Assembly: GCA_041488255.1 (NCBI GenBank)
Contig: JBGPOV010000003.1
Coordinates: 13,247-77,246, forward strand
Reading direction: 5' to 3'
Length of the DNA stretch: 64,000 bases
Source of the DNA: Gammaproteobacteria bacterium
GTDB lineage: Bacteria > Pseudomonadota > Gammaproteobacteria > Burkholderiales > SHXO01
Shown piece after piece: positions 16,910 to 27,425 of this stretch; the first letter of the stretch is position 1, and each line of letters opens with the position of its first letter. Made by a program: the position numbers and the translations under genes. Under the pieces are notes generated by a model that saw only the letters and a program-made list of their open reading frames with translations, was not told where the DNA came from and ran no database searches.

Positions 16910-17422
16910 TCAGTGACCTCGGATGCGATCCAGGAGTCGTGTGGTGGAGCGGTCATACAGGACGGGAAGGGAGTGGACCGTGCCGCCCCAGGAGCGGACC
17001 TCGGGAGCGCCTACGATTTGATCCAAGGACCAGTCTCCGCCCTTGACCAACACCTCGGGACGCATGATTAGGATCAGGTCGAGCGGCGTGTCCTCGTCGA
17101 ACCAAGTGACGAGGTCCACCGATGCGAGCGCCGCCAGGACCGCGACGCGATCCTCGAGCGGGTTGACCGGGCGCTGCCTGCCCTTGCCTTGCCGGCGCAT
17201 CGAGGCGTCTGTGTTGACCGCAACCAGCAGGCTCGCGCCCAACGCACGGGCTTGTGACAGGTAGGTCACGTGTCCACGATGCAGGATGTCGAAACAGCCA
17301 TTGGTAAGAACCAGCGGCCGCGCTAGCGCGTCGAGCCGGGAAAGCAAGGTGTCTGGAGCACAAATCTTGCGCTCGAACTCGAGGCCCGCGGAGGATGAAC
17401 TGGTCTGGGTACCCGGTGCCAT
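16910..17422 (-). CDS. hldC: D-glycero-beta-D-manno-heptose 1-phosphate adenylyltransferase (RfaE domain II / HldC)
   Basis: Cytidylyltransferase motif LTNGCFDILHRGHV and a C-terminal ..VKGGDW.. pattern. Confidence 0.8.
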   Translation of the reverse strand: MAPGTQTSSSSAGLEFERKICAPDTLLSRLDALARPLVLTNGCFDILHRGHVTYLSQARALGASLLVAVNTDASMRRQGKGRQRPVNPLEDRVAVLAALASVDLVTWFDEDTPLDLILIMRPEVLVKGGDWSLDQIVGAPEVRSWGGTVHSLPVLYDRSTTRLLDRIRGH

Positions 17423-17610
17423 GCAGCAGCCATGATACAGTCACACCCGGGCCGTGTCAGGCCGAGGTCCGCGGTTGAGTTTTCTCCATTGATGCCGCGT
17501 ATCTCTCGAGCATCCCATGCCGCGCTTGTGCCTAAGCAGAGCAGTTTGACAGTGATGCGTTGAATGGCTACTCTAAACCTCAGATCATGCAGTTGACGAG
17601 GACAAACACG

Positions 17611-17931
17611 ATGGTGAAGATCACGCGAATGTTGCTGGGCGGCGCCCTTCTGCTGGTGACAGCGCTCGCCGCCGCCGGCCCGCTGATACAAGGTAAGGCT
17701 CCGACTGCGACGGATTATCCACAGTGCCAGGATGTCGTGCACCGTGCGCCGAAAGCGATGGAAGAGGCGGGGCGGCGTAACCGGTTTGTCCAGAACATCG
17801 CACAAGAGGGCGGCAGCAGCGCGCCGAACGCCGCCATGGACGAGTACCTCTCCTTTCATGCCCAGGTTACCGAGGACAACGGCAAGTTCTCGCTCATGCC
17901 TTGGTCGGGGCTGCGCACCCACGCCAACTAG
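17611..17931 (+). CDS. Hypothetical secreted protein (106 aa)
   Basis: MVKITRMLLGGALLLVTALAAAG signal peptide. ATG 17611 follows GAGGA. A possible TTGACA-N17-TACTCT promoter lies at 17546-17574. Confidence 0.5.
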   Translation: MVKITRMLLGGALLLVTALAAAGPLIQGKAPTATDYPQCQDVVHRAPKAMEEAGRRNRFVQNIAQEGGSSAPNAAMDEYLSFHAQVTEDNGKFSLMPWSGLRTHAN

Positions 17932-18083
17932 CACGCGGCGGATCGCAATGTCTCGCCCGCGCTTAGCCTGTTGACGCGCATAGGCTCCAGCCCAGCGGCT
18001 CAGTTCCCCGGAAGCTATGGATTGCATCGGGGAGGCAGAGGAGCCTTGCGCGTGCGGTCTGGCGCGCGGGGCGAAACCTTGGT

Positions 18084-18656
18084 TCAGTCCAGATACTCGA
18101 ACACCTTCACCACCTTCTTCACTCCGCCGGTGGTGCTGGCGATCTCCGCCGCGTCTTCGGCTTCCTTGTGCTTCACCAGACCCATCAGGTAGACCACGCC
18201 GTCCTCGGTCACGACCTTGATGTGAACGGGATCGAACTTGCCCGCGGTCGTAAAGTTCGTCGTTACCTTGCTCGTGAGGTAGGCGTCGTTGGCGCGCGTA
18301 CCGCTCGAAGTAACCGGCCCGATGGTGATCTCGTTCTGGACGTTGCGCACGTTCTCCACCCCCAGTGCGATGGCGCCGATGTCGTCTTTGATCTTCTGGT
18401 TCGGCGCTTCGCCGACCAATACCACGAAACGGTTGAAGGGGATGACGTCTACGTGAACCTCGTCGCTGTATTTCTCATTGACCTGGCGGCTTACCTTGCT
18501 CCCGATGGTCTTGTCCTCGACGTAGGTGCCGGTGCTGCGACGGTCGTCCACCATCACGACGGCGGCGCCGCCGGCCGCGACTACTGCAGGGAAGCACCCA
18601 TGCAGCGCGGGCACGAGCAGCACCAGGCCGACCAAGAGCAGTTCTCGCTTCTCCAT
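18084..18656 (-). CDS. dolP: Division/outer-membrane stress-associated lipoprotein DolP (YraP), two BON domains
   Basis: Lipobox LVPALHGC. Two BON repeats (..VDVIPFNRFVVLVGEAP.., ..IKVVTEDGVVYLMGLV..). yraP position in the yraLMNOP synteny. Confidence 0.8.
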   Translation of the reverse strand: MEKRELLLVGLVLLVPALHGCFPAVVAAGGAAVVMVDDRRSTGTYVEDKTIGSKVSRQVNEKYSDEVHVDVIPFNRFVVLVGEAPNQKIKDDIGAIALGVENVRNVQNEITIGPVTSSGTRANDAYLTSKVTTNFTTAGKFDPVHIKVVTEDGVVYLMGLVKHKEAEDAAEIASTTGGVKKVVKVFEYLD

Positions 18657-18659
18657 GTC

Positions 18660-19271
<612 letters not shown>

Positions 19272-19334
19272 TCATATGCGAGAAAGCTATCACACGCGTG
19301 TCGAGTCTGACGAGTCGTTTGCTAGCGACAACGT

Positions 19335-19703
19335 TTACTCTCCAAAGGCATCTTTGATCCATTTCGGCGCGCCATCGCTCTCGATAAGGACGGCATCGAA
19401 GCGGCACAGCGGCATGGCGCGCTTCCGGGCCAGATAATGGCGCGCTACAGCGAGCAGGCGCGCGCGCTTGCGCAACGTGATGCTTTCGGCGGCCCCGCCG
19501 AAGGAGCCGCTGCTGCGCATGCGCACTTCCACGAACACCAGCGTCCTGCCATCGCGCAAGATCAAGTCGATCTCGCCCAGGCGGCAGGTGTAGTTGCGCT
19601 CCTGGAGCTGAAGTCCCTGGCTCAGGAGGAACTGCAGGGCCTGCTCTTCGGCCTGCACGCCGCGGCGATTCATGGCCGCATCGGGGGCTGCATGACTCAA
19701 CAC
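19335..19703 (-). CDS. yraN: YraN family (UPF0102) endonuclease-like protein
   Basis: GEIDLILRDGRTLVFVEVRMR.. is the YraN core. The start is GTG 19703 or ATG 19673. Confidence 0.8.
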   Translation of the reverse strand: MLSHAAPDAAMNRRGVQAEEQALQFLLSQGLQLQERNYTCRLGEIDLILRDGRTLVFVEVRMRSSGSFGGAAESITLRKRARLLAVARHYLARKRAMPLCRFDAVLIESDGAPKWIKDAFGE

Positions 19704-20807
19704 TCACGGCCGGGACGAGGACACCGGCTGGCTCAGGACGTGCGTTTCCCCCTGGCTGAACTGCGCCGGGATCACCTCCCGGACGTAGCGGTGATCCCTC
19801 TCCAGCGTGATATAACCGGTAACGCCATCTAGCGGCGCCTGGTTCGAGCCGGGCCTGAGCAGGTCCTGCGCGATACGGTAGGCATCGATACCCAGGGCAT
19901 AGAAGCGCTGGAATTCGAGTCCGGGCTGGTCGTGACGGGCGTAGGACAGCACCGCTGGATGGTCGGGCGAGAGCAACCAGGGCATATCGACAAAGTAGAT
20001 CCCGTTCAATTCGAAGTTGGCGAGCGGCTCCGCGCTGGTGTGCACCATTGAGGTGGCGAAAATCGGCAAGGCGCTGCCCAGGTAGGAGCGGATGACCTTG
20101 GCGCGGGGGGCATCCAGGGCCAAGAAGATTACGTCGCTTACACCATTGGAGATCGTGTCGCGCAGCTTCATCAGGCTCGAGGGGGCGCTGGTGTACTGAA
20201 ACTGCTCCTGAATGGTGCCACCGCGGCGAACGAACTCGTCCTCGAAGGCCTGCGCGAGGCGGCGCGAGAGGGGCGCTTCACTGACCACCACGATGGCGTT
20301 GCGGCGCCCGCGATCGCGCGCAAGCTGGGCCACCTGCTTCGCTTCGTTCTCGACTTGCAACCCGAACACGTAAAGTTTCGGAGGTAGAAGGGACTCGTCC
20401 TCAGGAGCATTCAGCGCGAGGGTCGGGACCGTGACCAGCGTGGTGCCCGCGAGCGCGGTGACTGCGCTACGCGTGAGCGGACCGATGACCAGCTGGGCTC
20501 CGCCCCGCACAGCGTCCTCATAATCCTGCACGACATCGAAGGGCTCGTCGCCGGTGGCGTGGATTATCAGTGGGAGGGTCGTTCCACGATGCACCTTGGC
20601 CGCTTCCAGTATGCCCAGCCGCAAGGCGTCCGCCTGCTTGCCGACGGATGGAGACTTGAGCGGCAGCAGAACTGCGATGTGCGGTCGGGGTTGATCCGGG
20701 GTCCTGGTGTCCTGCTGCTGGGCGTGCACCGGGCGGTTGGCCAGCCCGCAGGCGCCCAAGTATAGTAGCGCCAGGAGCAGCAGCAAGGAGGCCGGTACAC
20801 GTTGCAT
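19704..20807 (-). CDS. lpoA: Penicillin-binding protein activator LpoA-like lipoprotein
   Basis: Signal peptide plus lipobox LLYLGAC. Periplasmic-binding-fold-like body. yraM position, divergent from rsmI. Confidence 0.7.
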   Translation of the reverse strand: MQRVPASLLLLLALLYLGACGLANRPVHAQQQDTRTPDQPRPHIAVLLPLKSPSVGKQADALRLGILEAAKVHRGTTLPLIIHATGDEPFDVVQDYEDAVRGGAQLVIGPLTRSAVTALAGTTLVTVPTLALNAPEDESLLPPKLYVFGLQVENEAKQVAQLARDRGRRNAIVVVSEAPLSRRLAQAFEDEFVRRGGTIQEQFQYTSAPSSLMKLRDTISNGVSDVIFLALDAPRAKVIRSYLGSALPIFATSMVHTSAEPLANFELNGIYFVDMPWLLSPDHPAVLSYARHDQPGLEFQRFYALGIDAYRIAQDLLRPGSNQAPLDGVTGYITLERDHRYVREVIPAQFSQGETHVLSQPVSSSRP

Positions 20808-21665
20808 AGCGAGGCCAGTGCGCGGGTTGAGGCGGCATTATATGTCGTGGCGACACCGCTAGGAAACCTGCGCGACATCACGTTGCGCGCGCTGGATGTG
20901 CTCGGGTCGGTCGAGGCGGTGGCCGCTGAGGACACGCGCCACACGCGGCAGCTATTGTCGCACTACGAAATCCGTGTCCGCTTGATTCCGCTGCATCAGC
21001 ACAACGAACAGCACGCTGCGCAGGACATCATCCGGCTGCTGACCGAGGGCAAGCCAGTAGCCTACGTGACCGACGCGGGCACGCCAGGAATCAGCGACCC
21101 GGGCGCGCTGCTGGTGTCGCGGGTGCGCGCAGCAGGCTTGCCCGTGATCCCGCTTCCGGGGCCGAGCGCCGTGACCGCCGCATTATCGGCTGCGGGTATG
21201 AGCGCACAGCATTTCCTGTTTTACGGGTTCTTGTCGAGCAAGGCGGGCGCTCGGCGCGAGGAGTTGGAGGGCTTGTCACCGCTGTCGCACACGCTGGTGT
21301 TCTATGAAGCACCGCAGCGCTTGCTGCGGACGGTTGACGACATGGCACAAGCCTTCGGGTCGGAGCGGGTGATTGTCATCGCGCGCGAGATCACCAAGGT
21401 GTTCGAGAGCTTCCACCGCTGCGCTCTGGGTGAGGCCCGGAGCTGGCTGGAGGCCGACCCCAACCGCAGGCGCGGCGAGTTCGTACTGATCGTCGAGGGG
21501 GCGGCTGCCACTCCAGTGCACTCGGCGCTGCAAACGCAGCGCGTGCTCGAGATTCTGCTGCGCGAGTTGCCGCTCAAACAAGCGGTACATCTAGCGACCG
21601 AGATCACGGGCGCACAGAAGAACGCGCTCTACGAGCGTGCGCTGGAACTGAAAAAAGCAATTTGA
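20802..21665 (+). CDS. rsmI: 16S rRNA (cytidine1402-2'-O)-methyltransferase RsmI
   Basis: LYVVATPLGNLRDITLRALDVL..AAEDTR N-terminus. The only in-frame start upstream of it is TTG 20802. Confidence 0.85.
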   Translation: MHSEASARVEAALYVVATPLGNLRDITLRALDVLGSVEAVAAEDTRHTRQLLSHYEIRVRLIPLHQHNEQHAAQDIIRLLTEGKPVAYVTDAGTPGISDPGALLVSRVRAAGLPVIPLPGPSAVTAALSAAGMSAQHFLFYGFLSSKAGARREELEGLSPLSHTLVFYEAPQRLLRTVDDMAQAFGSERVIVIAREITKVFESFHRCALGEARSWLEADPNRRRGEFVLIVEGAAATPVHSALQTQRVLEILLRELPLKQAVHLATEITGAQKNALYERALELKKAI

Positions 21666-21806
21666 CCACGGAGACACGGGGAGCAAACCCAAAGGCAGGA
21701 TCAACCACCAGCGTGCGACTCACGCCAAGGAAGCCTGACCGGGCAGGATGCTCTGTGTGGTTTGGCTACCTTGCCTCTTCTGCGTGGTTCAAGGGTTGTG
21801 ACGTAC

Positions 21807-22838
21807 ATGGATCAACTGACGATCACGAAACCGGACGATTGGCACCTGCACCTACGCGACGGCGACGCGCTGCGGGCGTTGCTGCCGGATACGACGAAGC
21901 GCTTTGCGCGCGCCATCATCATGCCCAACCTCGAGCCGCCGATACTTGATACGGGATTGGCACTGGCGTACCGCGAGCGCATCGTCGCCGCGTTGCCTCG
22001 CGGTGTTCAGTTCGAGCCGCTAATGACTCTCTACTTGACCGACGACACAGCACCGAAGCAGGTGCTGCGTGCGAGCGGCAGCGGCGCAGTGCACGCGATC
22101 AAGTACTACCCAGCCGGAGCGACCACCAACTCGGAGTCTGGTGTGAGCGATCTGCGTAAGTGCTTTGCGTCGCTGGAAGCCATGGTCGAGACCGGCTTAC
22201 CGCTGCTGGTGCACGGCGAGGTCACCGATGCGCAGGTCGACGTGTTCGATCGCGAGAAGGTGTTCATCGAGCGCACGCTCATCCCCCTGATCCAGCGCTT
22301 CCCCGGCCTCAAACTTGTGATGGAGCACATCACTACGGCGGACGCGGTCAACTTCGTTCTGGCGGCGCCGGACAACGTAGCGGCCACGATCACGGCACAC
22401 CACCTGCTTCTCAACCGCAATGCGTTGTTCCAGGGCGGGATACGGCCACACCACTACTGTCTACCTGTACTCAAGCGCGAGCAGCATCGCCAAGCGCTGC
22501 TGAAGGCCGCCACCTCGGGCCACCCCAAGTTCTTTCTCGGCACAGATAGCGCGCCGCACGCCCGCCACACTAAGGAGACCGAGCGCGGATGTGCCGGCAT
22601 ATACACCTCGCACGCCGCCATCGAACTGTACGCGGAAGCCTTCGAAACGGCGGGCGCGTTGGGAAGGTTGGAGGCATTTGCCAGCTTCCACGGCGCCGAC
22701 TTCTACGGACTGCCGAGGAACCGTGACCGGCTCACCTTGGTGCGGCGCGAGTGGTCAGTGCCGCACGAGCTGCCCTACGGTGCACACACGCTCGTGCCCC
22801 TGCGCGCGGGTGGCGTCGTGCGCTGGGCCCTCCCCTGA
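21807..22838 (+). CDS. pyrC: Dihydroorotase (homodimeric type)
   Basis: [19 protein letters not shown].., IMPNL, and ..[10 protein letters not shown] motifs. Confidence 0.85.
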   Translation: MDQLTITKPDDWHLHLRDGDALRALLPDTTKRFARAIIMPNLEPPILDTGLALAYRERIVAALPRGVQFEPLMTLYLTDDTAPKQVLRASGSGAVHAIKYYPAGATTNSESGVSDLRKCFASLEAMVETGLPLLVHGEVTDAQVDVFDREKVFIERTLIPLIQRFPGLKLVMEHITTADAVNFVLAAPDNVAATITAHHLLLNRNALFQGGIRPHHYCLPVLKREQHRQALLKAATSGHPKFFLGTDSAPHARHTKETERGCAGIYTSHAAIELYAEAFETAGALGRLEAFASFHGADFYGLPRNRDRLTLVRREWSVPHELPYGAHTLVPLRAGGVVRWALP

Positions 22839-23159
22839 ACGCACAGGCCGCGCCGCAGAAAAGGTACGGTCCCGCATTGCGCACTGCGTTTGCGCGTCTG
22901 CAGCCGTGCGCGGAAGCGCCGTGGCTACGACGCGTGAACCGCGGCGGGCGGCTGCCGCGCGGACAGAGAAATGCGGCGCGCCTGGATCTGGACCAGCAGC
23001 AACTCGTCCATCACTTGCCCCGCGCGCTAGACAGTTCGGACAGCACTTAAGTAGGCCTCCGTTGTCACCTGGCGTTCCGTGTTGCCAGCCACCGCCCGCT
23101 GTAATGGCCTCCTCGCAGACGGGGTTCCCGTCGCTTTTGCTCTGTTATCATGGCCGTGT

Positions 23160-23527
23160 GAAGCTGGCCAGGCAATCGCTGCGTCGCGTCTTGCGGCGCA
23201 GAGGAAAGTCCGGGCTCCGCAGAGCAGGATGCCGGCTAACAGCCGGGCGCCGCGAGGCGACGGAAAGTGGAACAGAGAGAAGCCTGCCTACGTCCCGGTA
23301 ACGGGACCGGCGATGGTGAAACGGTGGGGTAAGAGCCCACCGCGGACCTGGCAACAGGGACGGCACGCCAAACCCCATCCGGAGCAAGGCCAAATAGGGG
23401 AGCCACAGCGCGGCTCGCGCTGCTCCCGGGTAGGTCGCTTGAGCCGCCGGGTAACCGTTCGGCCCAGAGGAATGATTGCCCAAGGGGTTCCCCCCTGGAC
23501 AGAACCCGGCTTATAGGCCAGCTTCAC
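23160..23527 (+). ncRNA. rnpB: RNase P RNA, bacterial type A
   Basis: GAAGCTGGCCAGGCAATCGCTG.. 5' end, GAGGAAAGTCCGGGCTCC, GGTAAGAGCCCACC, CCGGAGCAAGGCCAAATAGGGG, and ACAGAACCCGGCTTATAGGCCAGCTTCAC at the 3' end. Collinear with E. coli M1 RNA. Confidence 0.9.
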
Positions 23528-23710
23528 GTCTGCCTTCCGATTCACTAGTGTCGTCCCCTCCCGACGTTGTGTGCCCGGCCAATTCTCGAAATTACATTCA
23601 CTATCCATCTTATCTATTTATTTCTATTGCATGTCCAATATAAATTCCGTCTGTTTCTCAGCTCCTCGATATAAGTCATTGTCCCGAATGCAAAATCTAG
23701 AGATTTCCGC

Positions 23711-23739
23711 TTGACCCTGTCGTGCCTTTTATCTATAGT
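23711..23739 (+). promoter_or_regulatory. Candidate sigma70 promoter of the dcw cluster (Pmra-like)
   Basis: TTGACC (23711-16), 17-nt spacer, TATAGT (23734-39). Sits at the end of an AT-rich island about 60 nt upstream of mraZ. Confidence 0.5.
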
Positions 23740-23747
23740 GCCCTGAA

Positions 23748-23772
23748 GTGGGAAAAAGTGGGGGATTGTGGG
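23748..23772 (+). promoter_or_regulatory. Candidate MraZ operator: three GTGGG direct repeats at 10-bp phasing
   Basis: GTGGGaaaaaGTGGGggattGTGGG at 23748-52, 23758-62 and 23768-72, immediately downstream of the -10. Matches the E. coli MraZ TGGGN-N5 repeat architecture. Confidence 0.55.
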
Positions 23773-23797
23773 AGATCCCCGATAATCAGGGGGCTAT

Positions 23798-24244
23798 GTG
23801 TTTCGCGGCGTCACCTCGCTGACACTAGACAGTAAGGGCCGACTCGCCGTACCCGCGAAGTTCCGCGAGGTGCTGCAGCTCCGTGCCGGCGGCAAGTTGG
23901 TGGTCACTGCCGATTCTGCATCCTGCCTTCTCCTCTATCCGTCCCCGGACTGGGAGCCGATCCAACAAAGGCTGATGAGTCTCTCGAGCTTTACCCCGCG
24001 CACCCGGGATCTGCAACGCCTGCTGGTTGGTAATGCCTCGGACGTCGAAGTCGATGGAGCGGGCCGGATCCTGATCCCGGGTCCGCTGCGCAAGTTCGCA
24101 GGGCTGGAGAAGGATGTGGCGTTGGTGGGGCAAGGCGCACGCTTCGAGTTGTGGGACGAAGCCAAGTGGGCGGCGCAGATGGAAAAGTCGAGCGCGCTGA
24201 GCCTGGACGGCACGCCCCCGGATCTCGAGGGTTTCTCGCTCTGA
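23798..24244 (+). CDS. mraZ: Transcriptional regulator MraZ
   Basis: Two SpoVT/AbrB-like repeats with DSKGRLAVP and DGAGRILIP. GTG start. Confidence 0.9.
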   Translation: MFRGVTSLTLDSKGRLAVPAKFREVLQLRAGGKLVVTADSASCLLLYPSPDWEPIQQRLMSLSSFTPRTRDLQRLLVGNASDVEVDGAGRILIPGPLRKFAGLEKDVALVGQGARFELWDEAKWAAQMEKSSALSLDGTPPDLEGFSL

Positions 24245-24391
24245 GCACCGGGCGGATATGGGAGTGGCCACGGCGTGAGCGCTGTAACCGGGCTCATACG
24301 CCGTCGCATTCTTGACCTTGCGACAGCGTTTATCTCAGCGATGCTCGAATAGAGGTTCGAAGGTACGAAGATCGACAAACCTCTCGCGCAC

Positions 24392-25330
24392 GTGCCCGTG
24401 CTGCTACGGGAAGCTGTGGATGCGCTGCAGGTCAAAGGAGATGGGGTGTACGTGGACTGCACCTTTGGAAGAGGCGGCCACAGCCGCGAGATCCTGCGCC
24501 GCCTAGGGGCCCGGGGCCGGCTGGTGGCGCTGGACCGCGACCCCGACGCGTTGGCATCGGCGCAGGACATCGGCGATGCGCGGTTCACGGCGCTGCACGC
24601 GACCTTCGGTCGCCTGCAAGAAGCACTTGCCGCCGAAGGAATCAGACGGGTGGGCGGCGTTCTCATGGATCTGGGCACGTCCTCGCCGCAGCTCGAGGAT
24701 GCGAGGCGCGGTTTCGGCTTCCGGTTGGATGGGCCGCTCGACATGCGGATGGATTCGAGTTCCGGGGTCACAGCTAGGCAATGGCTTGCGACTGCTTCAG
24801 AGGAGCACATCGGGGAGGTAATCAAAACCTATGGCGAAGAACGGTTTGCTCGGCAGATTGCAAGAGCGCTTGTTGCGGCTCGATCGAGGCGAGCTCTCGA
24901 CTCCACCCGACAGCTTGCCCAGATCGTGGAAGACGCCGTTCGGACGCGCGAGCCAGGCCAAGACCCGGCGACGCGGACATTCCAGGCTATACGGATTTTC
25001 ATCAATCAAGAGCTTGAGGAACTTTCGCTAGTCCTGCCGCAGTGCCTCGAACTGCTGACCGTGGGGGGCCGCCTGGTTGTGATCAGCTTTCATTCTCTCG
25101 AGGACCGCATTGTGAAGCGCTTCATGCGCGACAACTCGCAGCCTGCACCGGTACCGCGCGGGCTGGCGGTGCGGGAGGCCGACCGTGAGCCGCCCAAATT
25201 GCAACTTATTGGCAAGCTTGTGCGTCCGACCGGAGCAGAGCTCGCAGCCAACCCTCGCGCGCGCAGCGCTGTCCTGAGGGTTGCCGAGAAACGTCCCCAT
25301 CAATCATCGTCAGAACGGCCGCGCGGATGA
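24392..25330 (+). CDS. rsmH: 16S rRNA (cytosine1402-N4)-methyltransferase RsmH
   Basis: [23 protein letters not shown], ..DLGTSSPQL.., SFHSLEDR. Confidence 0.9.
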   Translation: MPVLLREAVDALQVKGDGVYVDCTFGRGGHSREILRRLGARGRLVALDRDPDALASAQDIGDARFTALHATFGRLQEALAAEGIRRVGGVLMDLGTSSPQLEDARRGFGFRLDGPLDMRMDSSSGVTARQWLATASEEHIGEVIKTYGEERFARQIARALVAARSRRALDSTRQLAQIVEDAVRTREPGQDPATRTFQAIRIFINQELEELSLVLPQCLELLTVGGRLVVISFHSLEDRIVKRFMRDNSQPAPVPRGLAVREADREPPKLQLIGKLVRPTGAELAANPRARSAVLRVAEKRPHQSSSERPRG

Positions 25331-25698
25331 TCAAGCTGAACCTGGTGCTTTGCTCCATTCTCTTGGTTTGTGCTCTGGCGCTGGTGAGCTCCCAGCACAA
25401 GGCGCGCAAGCTGTTCTCCGAGCTGACCCAGGAGCAGGAGGTGGCCAAGCAGATCGATGTGGAGTGGGGGCAGCTGCAGCTCGAGCAGAGCACCTGGGCC
25501 ATGCATGCGCGCATCGAGAAGATCGCCAGCGGCCATCTGCAGATGCGCCTGCCACCGGCCGCGCGTGTGCAGTTGGCCTCCGGCGACGCTGGCGGTTACG
25601 AAGATGTGGATCAGACCACGCGGGGGAACTCGGCGGACGAGTCGAGACGTGTCCGCGCGCCGGGTACTGACGCAGCGCGCTCCAGAGGCAAACAATGA
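25327..25698 (+). CDS. ftsL: Cell division protein FtsL
   Basis: Single TM segment plus coiled coil (..[32 protein letters not shown]..). Position between rsmH and ftsI. Has a charged C-terminal tail of about 35 aa. Confidence 0.8.
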   Translation: MIKLNLVLCSILLVCALALVSSQHKARKLFSELTQEQEVAKQIDVEWGQLQLEQSTWAMHARIEKIASGHLQMRLPPAARVQLASGDAGGYEDVDQTTRGNSADESRRVRAPGTDAARSRGKQ

Positions 25699-27425
25699 AG
25701 CCCCCGCTCAGCCCTGCACTCCAGTTGCGCCTGCCGTTGCGGCGCGCGCGCGTGCTCATGGCGCTGCTGCTGCTTTGCTTCGGCGTCCTGGCTGCGCGTG
25801 CCATGTATCTCCAAGTCTGGCAGAACGACTTCCTCCAGCAAGAAGGCGCCGCACGCTTCACTCGGATCATCGAGCTGCCCGCGCACCGCGGCATGATTAC
25901 CGACCGGTACGGCGAGCCGCTCGCCATCAGCACCCCGGTGGAGTCGGTGTGGGCTACCCCCGCCGACGTCCAGATCACACCATCGCAGCGGCGCCAGCTG
26001 GCCAACCTACTGGACGCGGACGAACTGGAGCTCAAGAAGAAGCTGGCAGAGCCAGATCGCGAGTTCGTCTACCTCAAGCGGCATCTGCCTCCGGAGCTGG
26101 CCGCCAAGGTCGTGCAGCTCGGGTTGCCAGGCGTTTCGTTGCGACGGGAATACCGGCGTTACTACCCGGCTGGCGAGTTGACCGCCCACCTGGTCGGAAT
26201 CACGGACGTGGACGACCACGGCCAAGAGGGCATCGAGCTCGAATACCAAGACTGGCTGGCGGGCAAGCCGGGCAGCCGGCGCGTGATCAAGGACAGACTC
26301 GGACGCGTGGTGGAAGACGCGGAGCATGTCCGCGCGCCAGTCGAGGGACGCAACCTGATGCTGTCCATCGACCGCAAGCTGCAGTACCTCGCCTATCGCG
26401 AGCTGAAGGCGGCGGTGGCGCAGCACCGCGCTAAGGCGGGCGGCATCATAGTGTTGGACCTCAAGACAGGCGAGGTGCTCGCGCTAGCGAATCTCCCCGC
26501 TTTCAACCCGAACAACCGCGCTACGCTGGACGCGCGCCACGCGCGCAACCGCGCCATCACCGATACGTTCGAACCCGGGTCGACGCTCAAGCCGTTCACG
26601 GTGGCCGCTGCACTCGAGGCCGGGGTGATCCGGCCAAATACGGTACTGCAGACCGCCCCCGGCTATCTGATTGTGGGCGATGCTACCATCCACGACGCAC
26701 ATCCCGAAGCCGTGCTCACCGTGGGGCAGGTGATTCAAAAGTCCTCGAACGTGGGCGCCGCCAAACTGGCTCTGGCGCTGCCGCGCGAGTCGCTGTGGAG
26801 CATTCTTTCGGGGGCCGGGTTCGGAACCGCGCCGCAGCTGGGCTTCCCGGGCCAAGCCTCCGGCCGCCTGCGCCCTTATCAGCATTGGCGGCCGATCGAG
26901 CAGGCTACCCTGTCCTACGGGCACGGCATCTCGGTGAGCCTGCTGCAGCTGGCGCGCGCCTACACGATCTTCGCCACCGACGGGGAGTTGCAGCCTCTCA
27001 CGCTGGTGCGCCACGACCAGATGCCCGAGGGCAAGCGCGTGATCTCGCAACGCACTGCGCTCGCCGTGCGCAGCATGCTCGAGTTGGTGGTCCAAGCCGG
27101 CGGTACGGCTCCGCGCGCTCGCATTCTGGGCTACCGGGTGGCAGGCAAAACCGGCACGGCGCACAAGCTCGACGGCCGTGGTTACGCGGCAGACCGTTAC
27201 GTGTCCTCCTTCGTCGGAATGGCGCCCGCCTCCGATCCTAGGCTCCTGGTGGCGGTGATGATCGACGAGCCGAGCGCCGGAGAATACTTCGGCGGCGCGG
27301 TGGCGGCGCCGGTGTTCAGTCGCGTGATGTCGGAGGCCTTGGGCATCCTGTCGATCCCGCCTGACGCACCGATGACTGAGGTCGCGCCCGTGGACGCGAT
27401 GCCGGAAGTGCGTGAGGAGGTATGA
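25695..27425 (+). CDS. ftsI: Peptidoglycan D,D-transpeptidase FtsI (PBP3)
   Basis: SXXK (GSTLKPF), SXN (KSSNVG) and KTGTA motifs. Confidence 0.9.
   Translation: MKPPLSPALQLRLPLRRARVLMALLLLCFGVLAARAMYLQVWQNDFLQQEGAARFTRIIELPAHRGMITDRYGEPLAISTPVESVWATPADVQITPSQRRQLANLLDADELELKKKLAEPDREFVYLKRHLPPELAAKVVQLGLPGVSLRREYRRYYPAGELTAHLVGITDVDDHGQEGIELEYQDWLAGKPGSRRVIKDRLGRVVEDAEHVRAPVEGRNLMLSIDRKLQYLAYRELKAAVAQHRAKAGGIIVLDLKTGEVLALANLPAFNPNNRATLDARHARNRAITDTFEPGSTLKPFTVAAALEAGVIRPNTVLQTAPGYLIVGDATIHDAHPEAVLTVGQVIQKSSNVGAAKLALALPRESLWSILSGAGFGTAPQLGFPGQASGRLRPYQHWRPIEQATLSYGHGISVSLLQLARAYTIFATDGELQPLTLVRHDQMPEGKRVISQRTALAVRSMLELVVQAGGTAPRARILGYRVAGKTGTAHKLDGRGYAADRYVSSFVGMAPASDPRLLVAVMIDEPSAGEYFGGAVAAPVFSRVMSEALGILSIPPDAPMTEVAPVDAMPEVREEV

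Noticed and set aside
20802-20807. 6-nt overlap of the divergent start codons of rsmI (TTG 20802) and lpoA (ATG 20807)
   Set aside because: Probably just start-codon assignment uncertainty. No other in-frame start precedes the conserved LYVVATP of RsmI, so the call stands, but it is not treated as a biological oddity.
22935-23020. 27-codon minus-strand ORF (MDELLLVQIQARRISLSARQPPAAVHAS) in the pyrC-rnpB spacer
   Set aside because: Too short, no SD, and no recognisable features.
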